Assembly (NCBI GenBank): GCA_963843555.1
Contig: CAWJKV010000005.1
Span: 224,001-288,000 of the forward strand
From: an uncultured Methanosarcinales archaeon
GTDB taxonomy: Archaea; Halobacteriota; Methanosarcinia; Methanotrichales; Methanotrichaceae
Length of the DNA stretch: 64,000 nt
Direction: 5' to 3'
In this document: positions 50,066 through 59,462 of the stretch, one piece after another
How the letters are laid out: every line of letters starts with the position of its first letter
Numbering within the stretch: position 1 is the first letter of the stretch
Notes under the pieces: model-generated
The model's input: the letters and a program-made list of their open reading frames with translations, nothing else
What the model was told of the DNA's origin: nothing
The model's database searches: none
Position numbers and translations under genes: made by a program

Positions 50066-51436
50066 ATGGAGAATAAAACGTTAGAGAATATGCGCTATTG
50101 CGTAGAGCCGGTTCACCCTATGGCGGTCAGGCTCTACAGCGATCTGGTGGCGATATACAGGTTCGTCAAAGATACCTACCAGACAGAGATAGATGCCGCC
50201 TTTGATAGGGCATCGCAGCAGATCGGCTTCGTGGTCACCACCACTGTGCCGGTGATGCTGGAAGTGGGAGAAGGCGGGGCCATAAAGAGCCTGAGCATGG
50301 GCTCGGAAAGCCTGAAGAACACACCCTTCGAGAAGGAGATAACTGCCGTTTTTGATGCCAAGAGAAAGGGAGAGAACAAGCTTGGCGTCTCCCCCGGAGT
50401 TTACAATCTGGCCCTATTCTGGTACGACGCAGTTAAGCTCAGGCTGAGGACGGACTGGATGGAGCCCGCCCAGCCGGTTTATCAGTTGCAGTCAGAGCTT
50501 ATGGGAATGAGACGGTCGCCTCAAAGTGCCCAGGCCATGAGCATGGCAATCCAATCCCATCATTGGATGGAGCCGGTCCATCACAGACCCTGGTGCGAAC
50601 CCGTTCATACGCCATGGATGGAACCGGTCCATCATAGACCCTGGTGTGAACCCGTTCATACGCCATGGACAGAGCCAGTCCACCATATGCCCTGGATGGA
50701 ACCTGTGCACCCGCATACGCCCTGGATGGAGCCGGTCCATTATCCAGGCTGCAGGCCGTGGCTGGAGCCAGCACACCCTGTCTTCCAGACGGCAGCAGAT
50801 CTGAAAAAGGCCGGTGAGGCGAAGACGTTTGAGCATACGGAACCTGTTCAGTACTTGAATAGAGTGAATCAGATAATCCTGGAGAGATCGATCCTGGTGT
50901 CGGCCATCGATGAGGTTTATCCGGAGCTGAAGCTGGGCGAGAGACTGAATCAGGCCCAGTATGCCATGTCTCCCACTCTTCCACTGCCACCACCGCGTGC
51001 AGCAGCCTGGCCCGGCGTCCGAGAGCCGGCGCATATGATGGCATATCAGTGGGCCCGTGAGCCCTTGCCTAATCCCTGGAGACAGGCTATGGCCGAGATC
51101 GCTCAGGTGCTGGAAAGATATGGACCTACACCTGAGCCGTGGAAAGGTCAGCTACTGTCTGAGATTGCGAGTGTTCTGGCCAGGTTCAGCTATGCAATGC
51201 TCAACCCCCAGCCGCTACCTCCACGCATGGCGGCCTGGCCTGGCGTCCGAGAGCCGGCGCATATGATGACGCCTTTCCAGTGGGCTAGTGAGCCACAGCC
51301 CAATCCCTGGAGGCAGATGAATTTCCCAGGAGTAAGAGAACCGGCGCATCAGATGGCAGGTATGCAGCCGGAGATGCCTCAGCAGATGCTATCCGAGATG
51401 GCTGCAGTGATGCGCAGATACGGCTTCCAGATTTGA
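50066..51436 (+). CDS. Repeat-containing protein (WxEP[VA]H x8, PGVREPAH x3); putative radical SAM substrate/precursor
   Basis: Long clean ORF (from 50045; GGAGGT SD before the ATG at 50066); the duplicated 51-bp unit is conserved at protein level. Confidence 0.85.
   Translation: MENKTLENMRYCVEPVHPMAVRLYSDLVAIYRFVKDTYQTEIDAAFDRASQQIGFVVTTTVPVMLEVGEGGAIKSLSMGSESLKNTPFEKEITAVFDAKRKGENKLGVSPGVYNLALFWYDAVKLRLRTDWMEPAQPVYQLQSELMGMRRSPQSAQAMSMAIQSHHWMEPVHHRPWCEPVHTPWMEPVHHRPWCEPVHTPWTEPVHHMPWMEPVHPHTPWMEPVHYPGCRPWLEPAHPVFQTAADLKKAGEAKTFEHTEPVQYLNRVNQIILERSILVSAIDEVYPELKLGERLNQAQYAMSPTLPLPPPRAAAWPGVREPAHMMAYQWAREPLPNPWRQAMAEIAQVLERYGPTPEPWKGQLLSEIASVLARFSYAMLNPQPLPPRMAAWPGVREPAHMMTPFQWASEPQPNPWRQMNFPGVREPAHQMAGMQPEMPQQMLSEMAAVMRRYGFQI
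50564..50776 (+). repeat. Coding tandem repeat array encoding eight W-x-E-P-[VA]-H units
   Basis: Includes a 51-bp duplication (50564-50614 / 50615-50665) that differs only at three synonymous positions. Confidence 0.95.
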
Positions 51437-51448
51437 AGGATGCCTGCG

Positions 51449-51495
51449 TTTGTATGCCCGACCATTGGGCATACAAATACCAATTTTTTCATTTT
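51449..51495 (+). terminator. Hairpin plus T-tract terminator ending the radical SAM/repeat-protein unit
   Basis: TTTGTATGCCC-N7-GGGCATACAAA (51449-51477) followed by TTTTTTCATTTTT. Confidence 0.75.
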
Positions 51496-51593
51496 TGAGC
51501 ATTAACGCCAGGATGATTCCTGTTCGTCATTTGATTAGCTCGCTAACATAACTTATTTATCGTAAGCCTTTGTGTTTAACCTGCGTGATATGT

Positions 51594-52514
51594 ATGGCAG
51601 GAAAAATGCTCAAGCTATCCTTGCTGCTCCTGGTGCTGTCTGTCTTTTGCAGCGGCGCACATGCGGCGGAAGGCGAACGATTGAAGCTGGCAACTACCAC
51701 CAGCCTGCAAGATACCGGACTCCTTGACAAGATCAAAGAGAAGTTCGATGAGAAGTACAACGTATCCCTGGATGTCGTCTCCGGCGGGACCGGCATTGCT
51801 CTCCAGTACGGAGAGCGCGGTGATGTTGACGTCCTCATAGTCCACGACAAGCCGAGGGAGCTGAAGTTTATAGAGGACGGGCAGGGACTGGAGAGAAGAT
51901 GCATTGCCTATAACTACTTCTATGTGGTCGGCCCGAAGGATGATCCAGCGGGCATCAAGGGCATGAATGCTTCACAAGCACTTGCTGCAATCATGACCAG
52001 GGGAGAAGCCGATCCCGCATCGGTGATGTTCGTCTCTCGAGGCGACAACTCGGGAACACATGCCCGCGAGAAGCTGCTCTGGAAGAATGCCGGTCTCAAC
52101 TACAGCCTGGTCAACAGTTCCGGACCCTGGTATGTCGATGCCGGCCAGGGCATGGGCGCCACACTGAACATTGCCAATGAGAAGCAGGCCTACACTCTGA
52201 GCGATATGTCCACCTTCATGGCCTACCAGGGCAATCTGACTCTGGTACCCTTGATTGGAGGCGGAGATGATCTCCTGAATGTTTACGTGGCCATGGCTGT
52301 GAACCCGGAGAAACATCCTGATGTGAACTGCGCTCTGGCTAATGAGTTCATCAACTACCTGGTATCTGATGAAGGCCAGGATCTGATAGCCAGCTATGGT
52401 ATGGAGAAATACGGCAAGCCTCTCTTCTCTCCGGCCAGGGGCAATTGCACCCTCATCGGCTGCTCAGATGGAGAGTGCGCAAAACCCGCGACCGCCACCT
52501 GTGCTGCAGCATAA
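51594..52514 (+). CDS. tupA: Tungstate ABC transporter substrate-binding protein
   Basis: LATTTSLQDTGLL, GTGIAL, FVSRGDNSGTH, GQGMGATL. Confidence 0.92.
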   Translation: MAGKMLKLSLLLLVLSVFCSGAHAAEGERLKLATTTSLQDTGLLDKIKEKFDEKYNVSLDVVSGGTGIALQYGERGDVDVLIVHDKPRELKFIEDGQGLERRCIAYNYFYVVGPKDDPAGIKGMNASQALAAIMTRGEADPASVMFVSRGDNSGTHAREKLLWKNAGLNYSLVNSSGPWYVDAGQGMGATLNIANEKQAYTLSDMSTFMAYQGNLTLVPLIGGGDDLLNVYVAMAVNPEKHPDVNCALANEFINYLVSDEGQDLIASYGMEKYGKPLFSPARGNCTLIGCSDGECAKPATATCAAA

Positions 52515-52542
52515 ACTGAAAGATCGCTAGTGGTGAATTTGG

Positions 52543-53238
52543 TTGGAAGAGATCTGGAACGGCATTATCAGAACTATAGAGCTGATAATGACCCTCGACT
52601 CTCAGGTGGTGGAGATCACCACCAGGTCTCTTTTCATCTCTTTATCGTCCGCCTTTTTGGCCGCCGTCGTATGCATCCCCCTGGGGGGCTTCATCGAGTT
52701 TCGCAGCTTTTGGGGAAAAGGGGCATTAATAAACGCTATTCACACCCTTTACAGCCTACCAACGGTTACTGTAGGCCTCCTGGTCTTCCTGCTCATCTCG
52801 CGCTCCGGTCCGCTGGGCGGTCTGGGCCTGCTCTTCAGCCCGGCGGGGATGATCCTGGGCCAGGCTATTCTTGTCGGCCCAATTATGGTTGGGCTCACCA
52901 TTACAGCTCTGGCGGAGGTCAACCCGCTGATCAAGGAGACTGCTAAATCATTGGGCGCAACAGAGCTGCAGATAATAGTCACCGTAATAAAAGAGGCCCG
53001 CGTCGCGGTCATGGCTGCCGTTCTCCTCGGATTTGGCAGGGCGCTCTCGGAGGTTGGTGTGGCCATGATGATCGGTGGAAACATTCGGGGCTACACGCGC
53101 GTGCTCACCACGTCCATTGCCCTTGAGACCTCCATGGGCAACCTGGAGCTATCCATTGCCCTGGGAATTATCCTCATATCCATCTCGCTGGTGATCAATA
53201 TCGTGCTGAATAGATTTCGAAGGCGACGGATTGACTGA
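52543..53238 (+). CDS. tupB: Tungstate ABC transporter permease
   Basis: LPTVTVGL..SRSGPLG, GFGRALSEVG..MIGGNIRGYTRVLTT. Confidence 0.92.
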   Translation: MEEIWNGIIRTIELIMTLDSQVVEITTRSLFISLSSAFLAAVVCIPLGGFIEFRSFWGKGALINAIHTLYSLPTVTVGLLVFLLISRSGPLGGLGLLFSPAGMILGQAILVGPIMVGLTITALAEVNPLIKETAKSLGATELQIIVTVIKEARVAVMAAVLLGFGRALSEVGVAMMIGGNIRGYTRVLTTSIALETSMGNLELSIALGIILISISLVINIVLNRFRRRRID

Positions 53239-53265
53239 GGAATGGAGGATGGACGGGCTGATGGA

Positions 53266-53998
53266 ATGACCGGTGAACTGCCATTTCTGGAGATTAAGAG
53301 CTCTCGGCAAAAGCTATGGCAAGGTGGAGATCCTCAAGGACATCGACATAACTATGGAGCGTGGCGAAGTCCTGGTCCTCATCGGTCCCACTGGATCAGG
53401 GAAGACAACTCTGCTGCGGCTGGTGAGCCTGCTGGAGGCGCCAAGCTTAGGGTGCATCCGGTTCAAAGGCCAGATTGTCACAGCCGGTCCAGAGAAAGAG
53501 AGACTTCTGGCCCGCCGCAGCATGGCCATGGTCTTTCAAAAGCCGGTCATGTTCAAGTCCAGCGTTCAGGAGAATGTCTCCTTCGGTTTGAGGATGAGGG
53601 GAAGGAATGATCGCGGAAAAGTGCGGGAGGCTCTGGCTGCCGTTGGCCTGTCCGGATACGAGAAGCGGGACGCCAACACGCTCTCGGGAGGGGAGATGCA
53701 GAGGATCGCCCTGGCCAGGGCAATGGTCCTGGAGCCGGAGCTGCTGCTTCTGGACGAGCCGACAGCCAACCTGGATCCGAAGAGCGCTGCGGCGGTCATC
53801 AGCCTCCTGCAGGAATTGACCGGAAGGAAGACGACTGTGATCATGGCCACGCACAATATGCGGGAGGCCCTGTTGCTGGCGAGCAAGGTGGCAGTGCTGC
53901 AGGCGGGCAGGCTGACGGCCGTGGGAAGGCCGGACGAGATATTCAGGTCCCGAAAGGTCACAGACCCTCTTTCGTCCGAAATCTCAGCACCCTGGTGA
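53266..53998 (+). CDS. tupC: Tungstate ABC transporter ATPase (frameshift near the N-terminus)
   Basis: GPTGSGKT, LSGGEMQR, LLDEPTANLD. Confidence 0.9.
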
Positions 53999-54018
53999 TG
54001 ATTGTCAAACTCATTACT

Positions 54019-54912
54019 CTACGCGCCAGATTCTCCTTCATATGCCTTCTTCAACAGCTCAATGTCAAATTTTTTCATTTTGAGAAACGCCTCGGTCACC
54101 CGCGCCAATCTCTCTAGGTCTTTGTCTTTGAGCATCTCATCCATAATCGTGGGAACAATCTGCCATGAGACGCCGTACTTATCCTTCAGCCAGCCGCATT
54201 GCTCCGCCGTTGGGTCTGCAGAAAGCTTTCCCCAGTAATAATCAATCTCCTCCTGCGTCTCGCAGTGCACCATGAAGGAAATGGCCTCGTTGAAAGCAAA
54301 TTTGTGTTCAAACGCGCTGTCCATGGCGGCAAATTCCAGCCCCTCAAGCACGAAAGAGGCGTGCTTTATTGTTCCAGCTTTATCCGGTTCTTCACCTTTG
54401 TTGTAGCGGTCTATATCGCCAACTCTTGCATCGCGGAACACCGTTGCGTAAAAATTAATCGCTTCTTCTGCTTTTCCGTATTGTTTGCCGACAAACAAAA
54501 GCGTCGGGGTGATTTTCCGCTTTATCTTACGACCGCCTATGAACATCACCTGCCATGAAAGGCCGTACCTGTCCTGCACCCACCCATATCTCTCGCTGAA
54601 CGGATATTCACCAAGCTCCATGAGTGCCGTGCCTCCTTCTGAGAGTTTATCCCACAATAGGTCGACCTCATCCTTCGTCTCGCATGCGACAAGAAATGAT
54701 ATCGATGGATTGAATTTGAAGAGCGGGCCTGCGCTGATGAGCGTGAATTCCTGCCCCAAGAGTTCAATGGTAACAATATCAACCGAGCCTGATGGCGTGT
54801 TATGAAGCTCTGTCGTATTACTGATTTTCGAGTCCTTGAAGACAGATGTGTAGAACCCGGCTGCTTCCCTGGCTTCTTTGTCAAACCATAGATGCGGTGT
54901 GATTTTTTCCAT
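54019..54912 (-). CDS. VOC/PhnB-like protein (3-demethylubiquinone-9 3-methyltransferase family), tandem domains
   Basis: KITPHLWFD, YGWVQDRYGLSWQ, CGWLKDKYGVSWQI. Confidence 0.9.
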   Translation of the reverse strand: MEKITPHLWFDKEAREAAGFYTSVFKDSKISNTTELHNTPSGSVDIVTIELLGQEFTLISAGPLFKFNPSISFLVACETKDEVDLLWDKLSEGGTALMELGEYPFSERYGWVQDRYGLSWQVMFIGGRKIKRKITPTLLFVGKQYGKAEEAINFYATVFRDARVGDIDRYNKGEEPDKAGTIKHASFVLEGLEFAAMDSAFEHKFAFNEAISFMVHCETQEEIDYYWGKLSADPTAEQCGWLKDKYGVSWQIVPTIMDEMLKDKDLERLARVTEAFLKMKKFDIELLKKAYEGESGA

Positions 54913-54913
54913 G

Positions 54914-55579
54914 TTATTCTCCCTCTTTAAGCCGTTTGCGACGGGCAAGTTCTGCCTCACTTGGCATATCCTGGGCAACTGACCCTGTCTTGACTTTTCC
55001 TGCGCGCTCATAAGTGGCAACTATAACGCCTGTGGTTGAAGTTCTACTATCGATGAGTTTTAGGCCTGCTGGAATGGTACCGTTCCCAAACAAACGTTTG
55101 CCTGTTCCGAGGGTAATCGGGAATATCTTCAAGCGGAACTCGTCAATTAAGTCGTGCTTTAATAGCGTTTGAATAAGGTTGCTGCTGCCGTAGACCTGCA
55201 GTTCAGGCCCGTCCTGTTGTCTTAGTTTTTCGATTTCTTGAACGACGTCACCTTTGACGAGCGTGGAATTGCTCCAGTCAAGCTTCTGCAACGTCGTTGA
55301 GACGACATATTTTTTGGTGCTGTTGAACTTGCCTGCAATCGGATCATCGCTTTTCGCATAAGGCCAGTATGCCGCGAAAATCTCATAAGTCTTCCTTCCC
55401 AGCAACAGATCAAAAGGTTTTGCCATTTGCTCATCCATTACGCCGCCAAGAAAATCATCCCAATAATTGACAATCCAACCGCCGTACTCGAAGCCACCAG
55501 TCCGGTCCTCGTCAGGTCCGCCCGGGGCTTGTATGACGCCGTCAAGCGTTACGAAAGATAATACAATGAGTCTTCTCAT
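54914..55579 (-). CDS. Dihydrofolate reductase-like (RibD C-terminal) protein
   Basis: FVTLDGVIQAPGGPDED, LLLGRKTYE, VYGSSNLIQTL, LGTGKRLF. Confidence 0.9.
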   Translation of the reverse strand: MRRLIVLSFVTLDGVIQAPGGPDEDRTGGFEYGGWIVNYWDDFLGGVMDEQMAKPFDLLLGRKTYEIFAAYWPYAKSDDPIAGKFNSTKKYVVSTTLQKLDWSNSTLVKGDVVQEIEKLRQQDGPELQVYGSSNLIQTLLKHDLIDEFRLKIFPITLGTGKRLFGNGTIPAGLKLIDSRTSTTGVIVATYERAGKVKTGSVAQDMPSEAELARRKRLKEGE

Positions 55580-55901
55580 TTTATTTTCTCCTCAGCTGTT
55601 CTTGCTTTAAGCAGCATTGGTTGCTCTTTATCTGGCTCAGAAGGCTCCAGAGTTTCCGCGTCGAAGACGCTATCCTGCATCAGCCACTCTGAAACGATTA
55701 TTTCATCTCATACTAATTAGGTTGAGGTTGTTTATTAAATTTCTTAATGATTACTTGCGGTTAAGTTGCCACGCTCGATTTCACCGTTAAAATGGTCCTG
55801 AATGATTGCTGTATTGTTGGACAGATAAATTTTGTTTTTCAGCCAGATCTGAAAGCCGCCTCTGAGGAGACCGAGCTTGTGCGTCTGGGCCTGTTCCCTG
55901 A

Positions 55902-56591
55902 TTAGCTTCTGGGATATTCCAGTTCATTAACTTTGGCGAGGGCCAGATCGGCCTCCGCGTTCCGTCCCAACGACCGGAGGGCAGTCTCCTTGCATCTCCA
56001 GGCCTCCGCCAGCATGGGATCGATTTCAATGGCCTTTTCGGATGCCAGTAGCGCCAGATCGTGCTTGCCCAGATCGTTTAATGCATTGCCTTTGTTGCAC
56101 CAGGCTTCAGAGGATTGTGAATTGATCTTCGTAGCTCTATCATAGGCTGCAACGGCCCCGTCATACCTGGCCAGCTGATAAAGCGCATTGCCTTTGTTTA
56201 TCCAGGCGTCTGCATACTGCGAGTCCAGCTCTATAGCCCTATCAGATGCAGACAATGATTCATCATACTTGCCTTGAATGTAGAGAACAACGCCTTTATT
56301 GTACCAGGCGTTTGCATCCTGCGGCTCGATCTCGATGACTCTATCGTAGGCATGGATTGCCTCATCGTACTTGTGTTGCAGGGTGAGAACCACGCCTTTG
56401 TTGTACCAGGCTTTTGCATCCAGCGGATTGGCCTTGATGTAGCTCTCAAATTCCGCGACGGCCTCATCATATCTCTCCTGCTCTGCAAGAGCAATGCCCT
56501 TGTTGTAGCAGGTGATCCCTGCTGGCTTTCCTGCTGCTGGAGCGAAAAGCAGAGCAAGCAGTATTATGACGGGGATAAGATTTCCTTTGAT
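55902..56591 (-). CDS. Exported tetratricopeptide repeat protein (start uncertain)
   Basis: Signal-like IPVIILLALLFAPAAG then repeated AWYNKG/AWINKG/AWCNKG TPRs; GGAGGGA SD precedes an ATC codon. Confidence 0.85.
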   Translation of the reverse strand: MKGNLIPVIILLALLFAPAAGKPAGITCYNKGIALAEQERYDEAVAEFESYIKANPLDAKAWYNKGVVLTLQHKYDEAIHAYDRVIEIEPQDANAWYNKGVVLYIQGKYDESLSASDRAIELDSQYADAWINKGNALYQLARYDGAVAAYDRATKINSQSSEAWCNKGNALNDLGKHDLALLASEKAIEIDPMLAEAWRCKETALRSLGRNAEADLALAKVNELEYPRS

Positions 56592-56828
56592 TGATCTCCC
56601 TCCATTGTCCTCTGTTTGACAGATCTGGAGAAAAAGATTTTGGAGGCGAATGCTGAGACTTATTGATATCGTATTCAGGCCTGCCAGGCGGTGCCAGGTC
56701 GCATTCACCAGGCAGTTCAATCCCATCCGCACCATTCGATCTCTTTTCGGCATCGCAGAGGCGACAGAATTGCTGCTTCACCAAGGATGCTTTTATCTTC
56801 TTATACATCTTCTGGATCCAATGATAAG

Positions 56829-57284
56829 ATGATGCCCGAAGACACTACGGCCGAGGCAAAGATCGAAGAATCAGCAGATTCCTTTCTAACGGCGAGACAG
56901 CTTATGGTATTGCAGCTGCGCCACCATGGCCTCTCTCAGCAGGATATCGCAGAGCGGCTGGGCACCACGCGCTCCAATATCAGCATCCTGGAGAAGCGAG
57001 CCCATCAGAATATCGCCCGGGCGGAGCGCACGCTTCAGCAGTGGATGATGATTCGCGCCCCCATATCTCTGCAGGCCAAAGCGGGAACGGATGTCTTCGA
57101 TCTGCCCAGGATGATATTTGCAGCTGCGGATGAGAAAGGAGTGAGGTTGCCGGTCACCTCCATGGATATCGTGGTGCAACTTGGGCGGAGAGCGCCCCGG
57201 CTCTTCAAGAAGAGGGCTCTGGAGCAGGATGCCGAGATCTATGTGACAGAAGAGGGGGAGGTGATGGTGGAGGGAGTGGGGTGA
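56829..57284 (+). CDS. Tfx family DNA-binding protein
   Basis: SFLTARQLMVLQLR..GLSQQDIAERLGTTRSNISILEKRA, GTDVFDLP. Confidence 0.9.
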   Translation: MMPEDTTAEAKIEESADSFLTARQLMVLQLRHHGLSQQDIAERLGTTRSNISILEKRAHQNIARAERTLQQWMMIRAPISLQAKAGTDVFDLPRMIFAAADEKGVRLPVTSMDIVVQLGRRAPRLFKKRALEQDAEIYVTEEGEVMVEGVG

Positions 57285-57441
57285 ATGCAATTCGGTTCTC
57301 GTCAGAAACATTTAAAAATAATCTTTACGGATATCAGCACAACTCTCCACTCAGTTATCCTGCATAGCATCTTCCCAGCCTCGTCTTAGCCCTCCAGGCC
57401 AAGGAAAATCTATTTCCCTCTCCGACCCCAATCCCATAATC

Positions 57442-58031
57442 GTGATCAGAATTCCGGTTTCCCGAATCCTAATTCCAGCCTTTCTTCTCTTCATCATAGC
57501 CACGACCCCTGCCGTCTCTGCCTATGGTCGCAGCGTGGAAGACCTGGTGGGCGCCTTCTCCATCGAGAAGACCATAAAGATCGGAAGCAGCAGCCAGGAT
57601 TTTTCCATCGTCGGGCGAGAGCCTCGATCCCCTGAGCCCGCCCCAAAGCCTGGCCTCTGGCCCTCTGGCAGACGACCAGGCCCCCAGCCTGGCGGGCTTC
57701 GCCTTTGAGCCGAACCTGGTTTCGTCCAACTCCTCCCAGCCCATCAACCTCACGCTTCATGCCATAGACGACCAGGCCGTCTGGGCAGCGGAGGCCAGGT
57801 TCTACCGGCCCGACGGGAGAAGAAGCAGTGGCGCTCTTCCCGGCCCAGAACCTCACCTCCGGATCGGCCAAGGATGGAATCTACAGCGCACAGATGCTCC
57901 TGCCCGCGAATGCGACAGGCGACTGGTATCTGCAGAGCTTGATCCTGGTGGACAGGGAAGGCAACCGCAGGACTCTGGCGCAAAGCGACCTTCTGCAACT
58001 GGGGCTGCCTACACAGATATCGGTGATCTAG
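57442..58031 (+). CDS. Secreted Ig-like hypothetical protein, frameshifted
   Basis: Signal peptide; continuous coding across frames (DDQAPSL...INLTLHAIDD; SGSAKDGIYSA...GDWYLQSLILVDREGN). Confidence 0.55.
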
Positions 58032-58229
58032 CGCTCTGCCTTGGAAGAAGTAAGAGGCGCGGGCTCTTCGCGATCTATTGTGGGCAAGGCTGCGATTCGA
58101 TTCTGAAAGCCTACAAAATGAATGGATCTGCACTAATCCGCATCGTCAGACTTCAAGAATTAGATTTAATCAATCGTGCGTGTATTGAATGATCCTTAAG
58201 AAGAGCTGATATAAGGATATTAGTATCGG

Positions 58230-58439
58230 CTACAATCCTAGGCTCTTCTTTTCTTCCTTCCATACCCTCTCCCGCACTTCCTCTAAAGCAAGAAGATCCT
58301 CTTTCGCAAGATCCAGATCCTCCACTGCTCTCTCAAATAGCACCCATTTGGTTTCTTCTTCTTTAATGAGGTCATCGATCTTCTTCTTTAGGGGCTTCAA
58401 GGGCAGGCAATCTGGGATCTCAACCTCAATCACACTCAC
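58230..58439 (-). CDS. Small antitoxin-like protein
   Basis: VIEVEIPD start and acidic helical C-terminus ERVWKE. Confidence 0.55.
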   Translation of the reverse strand: MSVIEVEIPDCLPLKPLKKKIDDLIKEEETKWVLFERAVEDLDLAKEDLLALEEVRERVWKEEKKSLGL

Positions 58440-58494
58440 TTTATCACCACATGGCTATCTATCCTTGTTGTTCATAAACTCTTTCTTGAATTGA

Positions 58495-58626
58495 TCATTT
58501 CAAGGATCGCAGAATTTCAGTGTCTTCCTCCAGCTCGAAGATCTCACATAGAGTAAGTGGCTTGTTTAGTTTTATTATGCCTACATAACTCTCCAGAATC
58601 TTCACCCTATCCTCTTTGGCAGACAT
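58495..58626 (-). CDS. Very small antitoxin-like protein or remnant
   Basis: MSAKEDRVKILESYVGIIKL...EIFELEED with GAGGAG SD. Confidence 0.4.
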   Translation of the reverse strand: MSAKEDRVKILESYVGIIKLNKPLTLCEIFELEEDTEILRSLK

Positions 58627-58774
58627 TTTTTGGTTCTCCTCATCCTTTGTTGATCCTGAGGCAATTAATGATTTTAGCCATAGCAATCTGCTATGATTGT
58701 GATACGATGATATTTCAGACCTTCTAATTCTGAGACGTTCATTCAAGGATGGTTTTTGAAAAGTCTAAACACGA

Positions 58775-59209
58775 CTATTCTCCCATAATCTGCAGGACAA
58801 TCTTCCGCTGCCGGGGTCGGTTATCCAGCTCCAGGAAAACGATCTGCTGCCATGTTCCCAGCATCAGCCGCCCCTCACAGAAGGGCACAGAGAGGCTGGG
58901 CCCCAGGAGCGAGGCGCGAATGTGGGAGTGGCCGTTGCCGTCATGCCACCGCTCGTTGTGGGCATATTCGATCTCCTGCGGGGCGATCCTCTGCAGGGCA
59001 TCGGCAAGGTCGGCCACCAGCCCATCCTCGTACTCGATGGTTGTGACGGCCCCCGTGGCTCCGGGCACAAAGACGGTGACCACTCCTGCCTTTAGGGGCG
59101 TGCTCTCCAGCGCCTCCTGCACTTCATCCGTTAAATCACTCACTTCTCCGCTCAGCGTTTCAAACTCCAGATATCTGGTTACGATCAAGACATCAACTCC
59201 GGGCTCCAA
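58775..59209 (-). CDS. YjbQ/UPF0047 family protein
   Basis: PGATGAVTTIEYE, HDGNGHSHIRASLLG, LGTWQQIVFLE. Confidence 0.92.
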   Translation of the reverse strand: MEPGVDVLIVTRYLEFETLSGEVSDLTDEVQEALESTPLKAGVVTVFVPGATGAVTTIEYEDGLVADLADALQRIAPQEIEYAHNERWHDGNGHSHIRASLLGPSLSVPFCEGRLMLGTWQQIVFLELDNRPRQRKIVLQIMGE

Positions 59210-59462
59210 GATATTTCCTTTCTCTTTCGATAAAATTTTGGCTCATTGAACTTCAAGCTTTCTGGATATCGATCAAAAATTGCTGCGGATCAATGAATGG
59301 GCTTGCAATATGATGACTTCAGAGGCAACCGAGATGATTGAAAGCTTGAAATAGTTTAGGGACGCAAATACTATTAGCTTAATATATCTAAAATATCGGC
59401 GGGCATGCACGAGCCCGGATGGCATGTCCGTCCGCTGATTTCGTAAGTAAGGAGAGCTGTTT

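Noticed and set aside
50564..50776. Repeat array as a CRISPR array
   Set aside because: Units are in-frame multiples of three, vary synonymously, have no unique spacers, and no cas genes are present.
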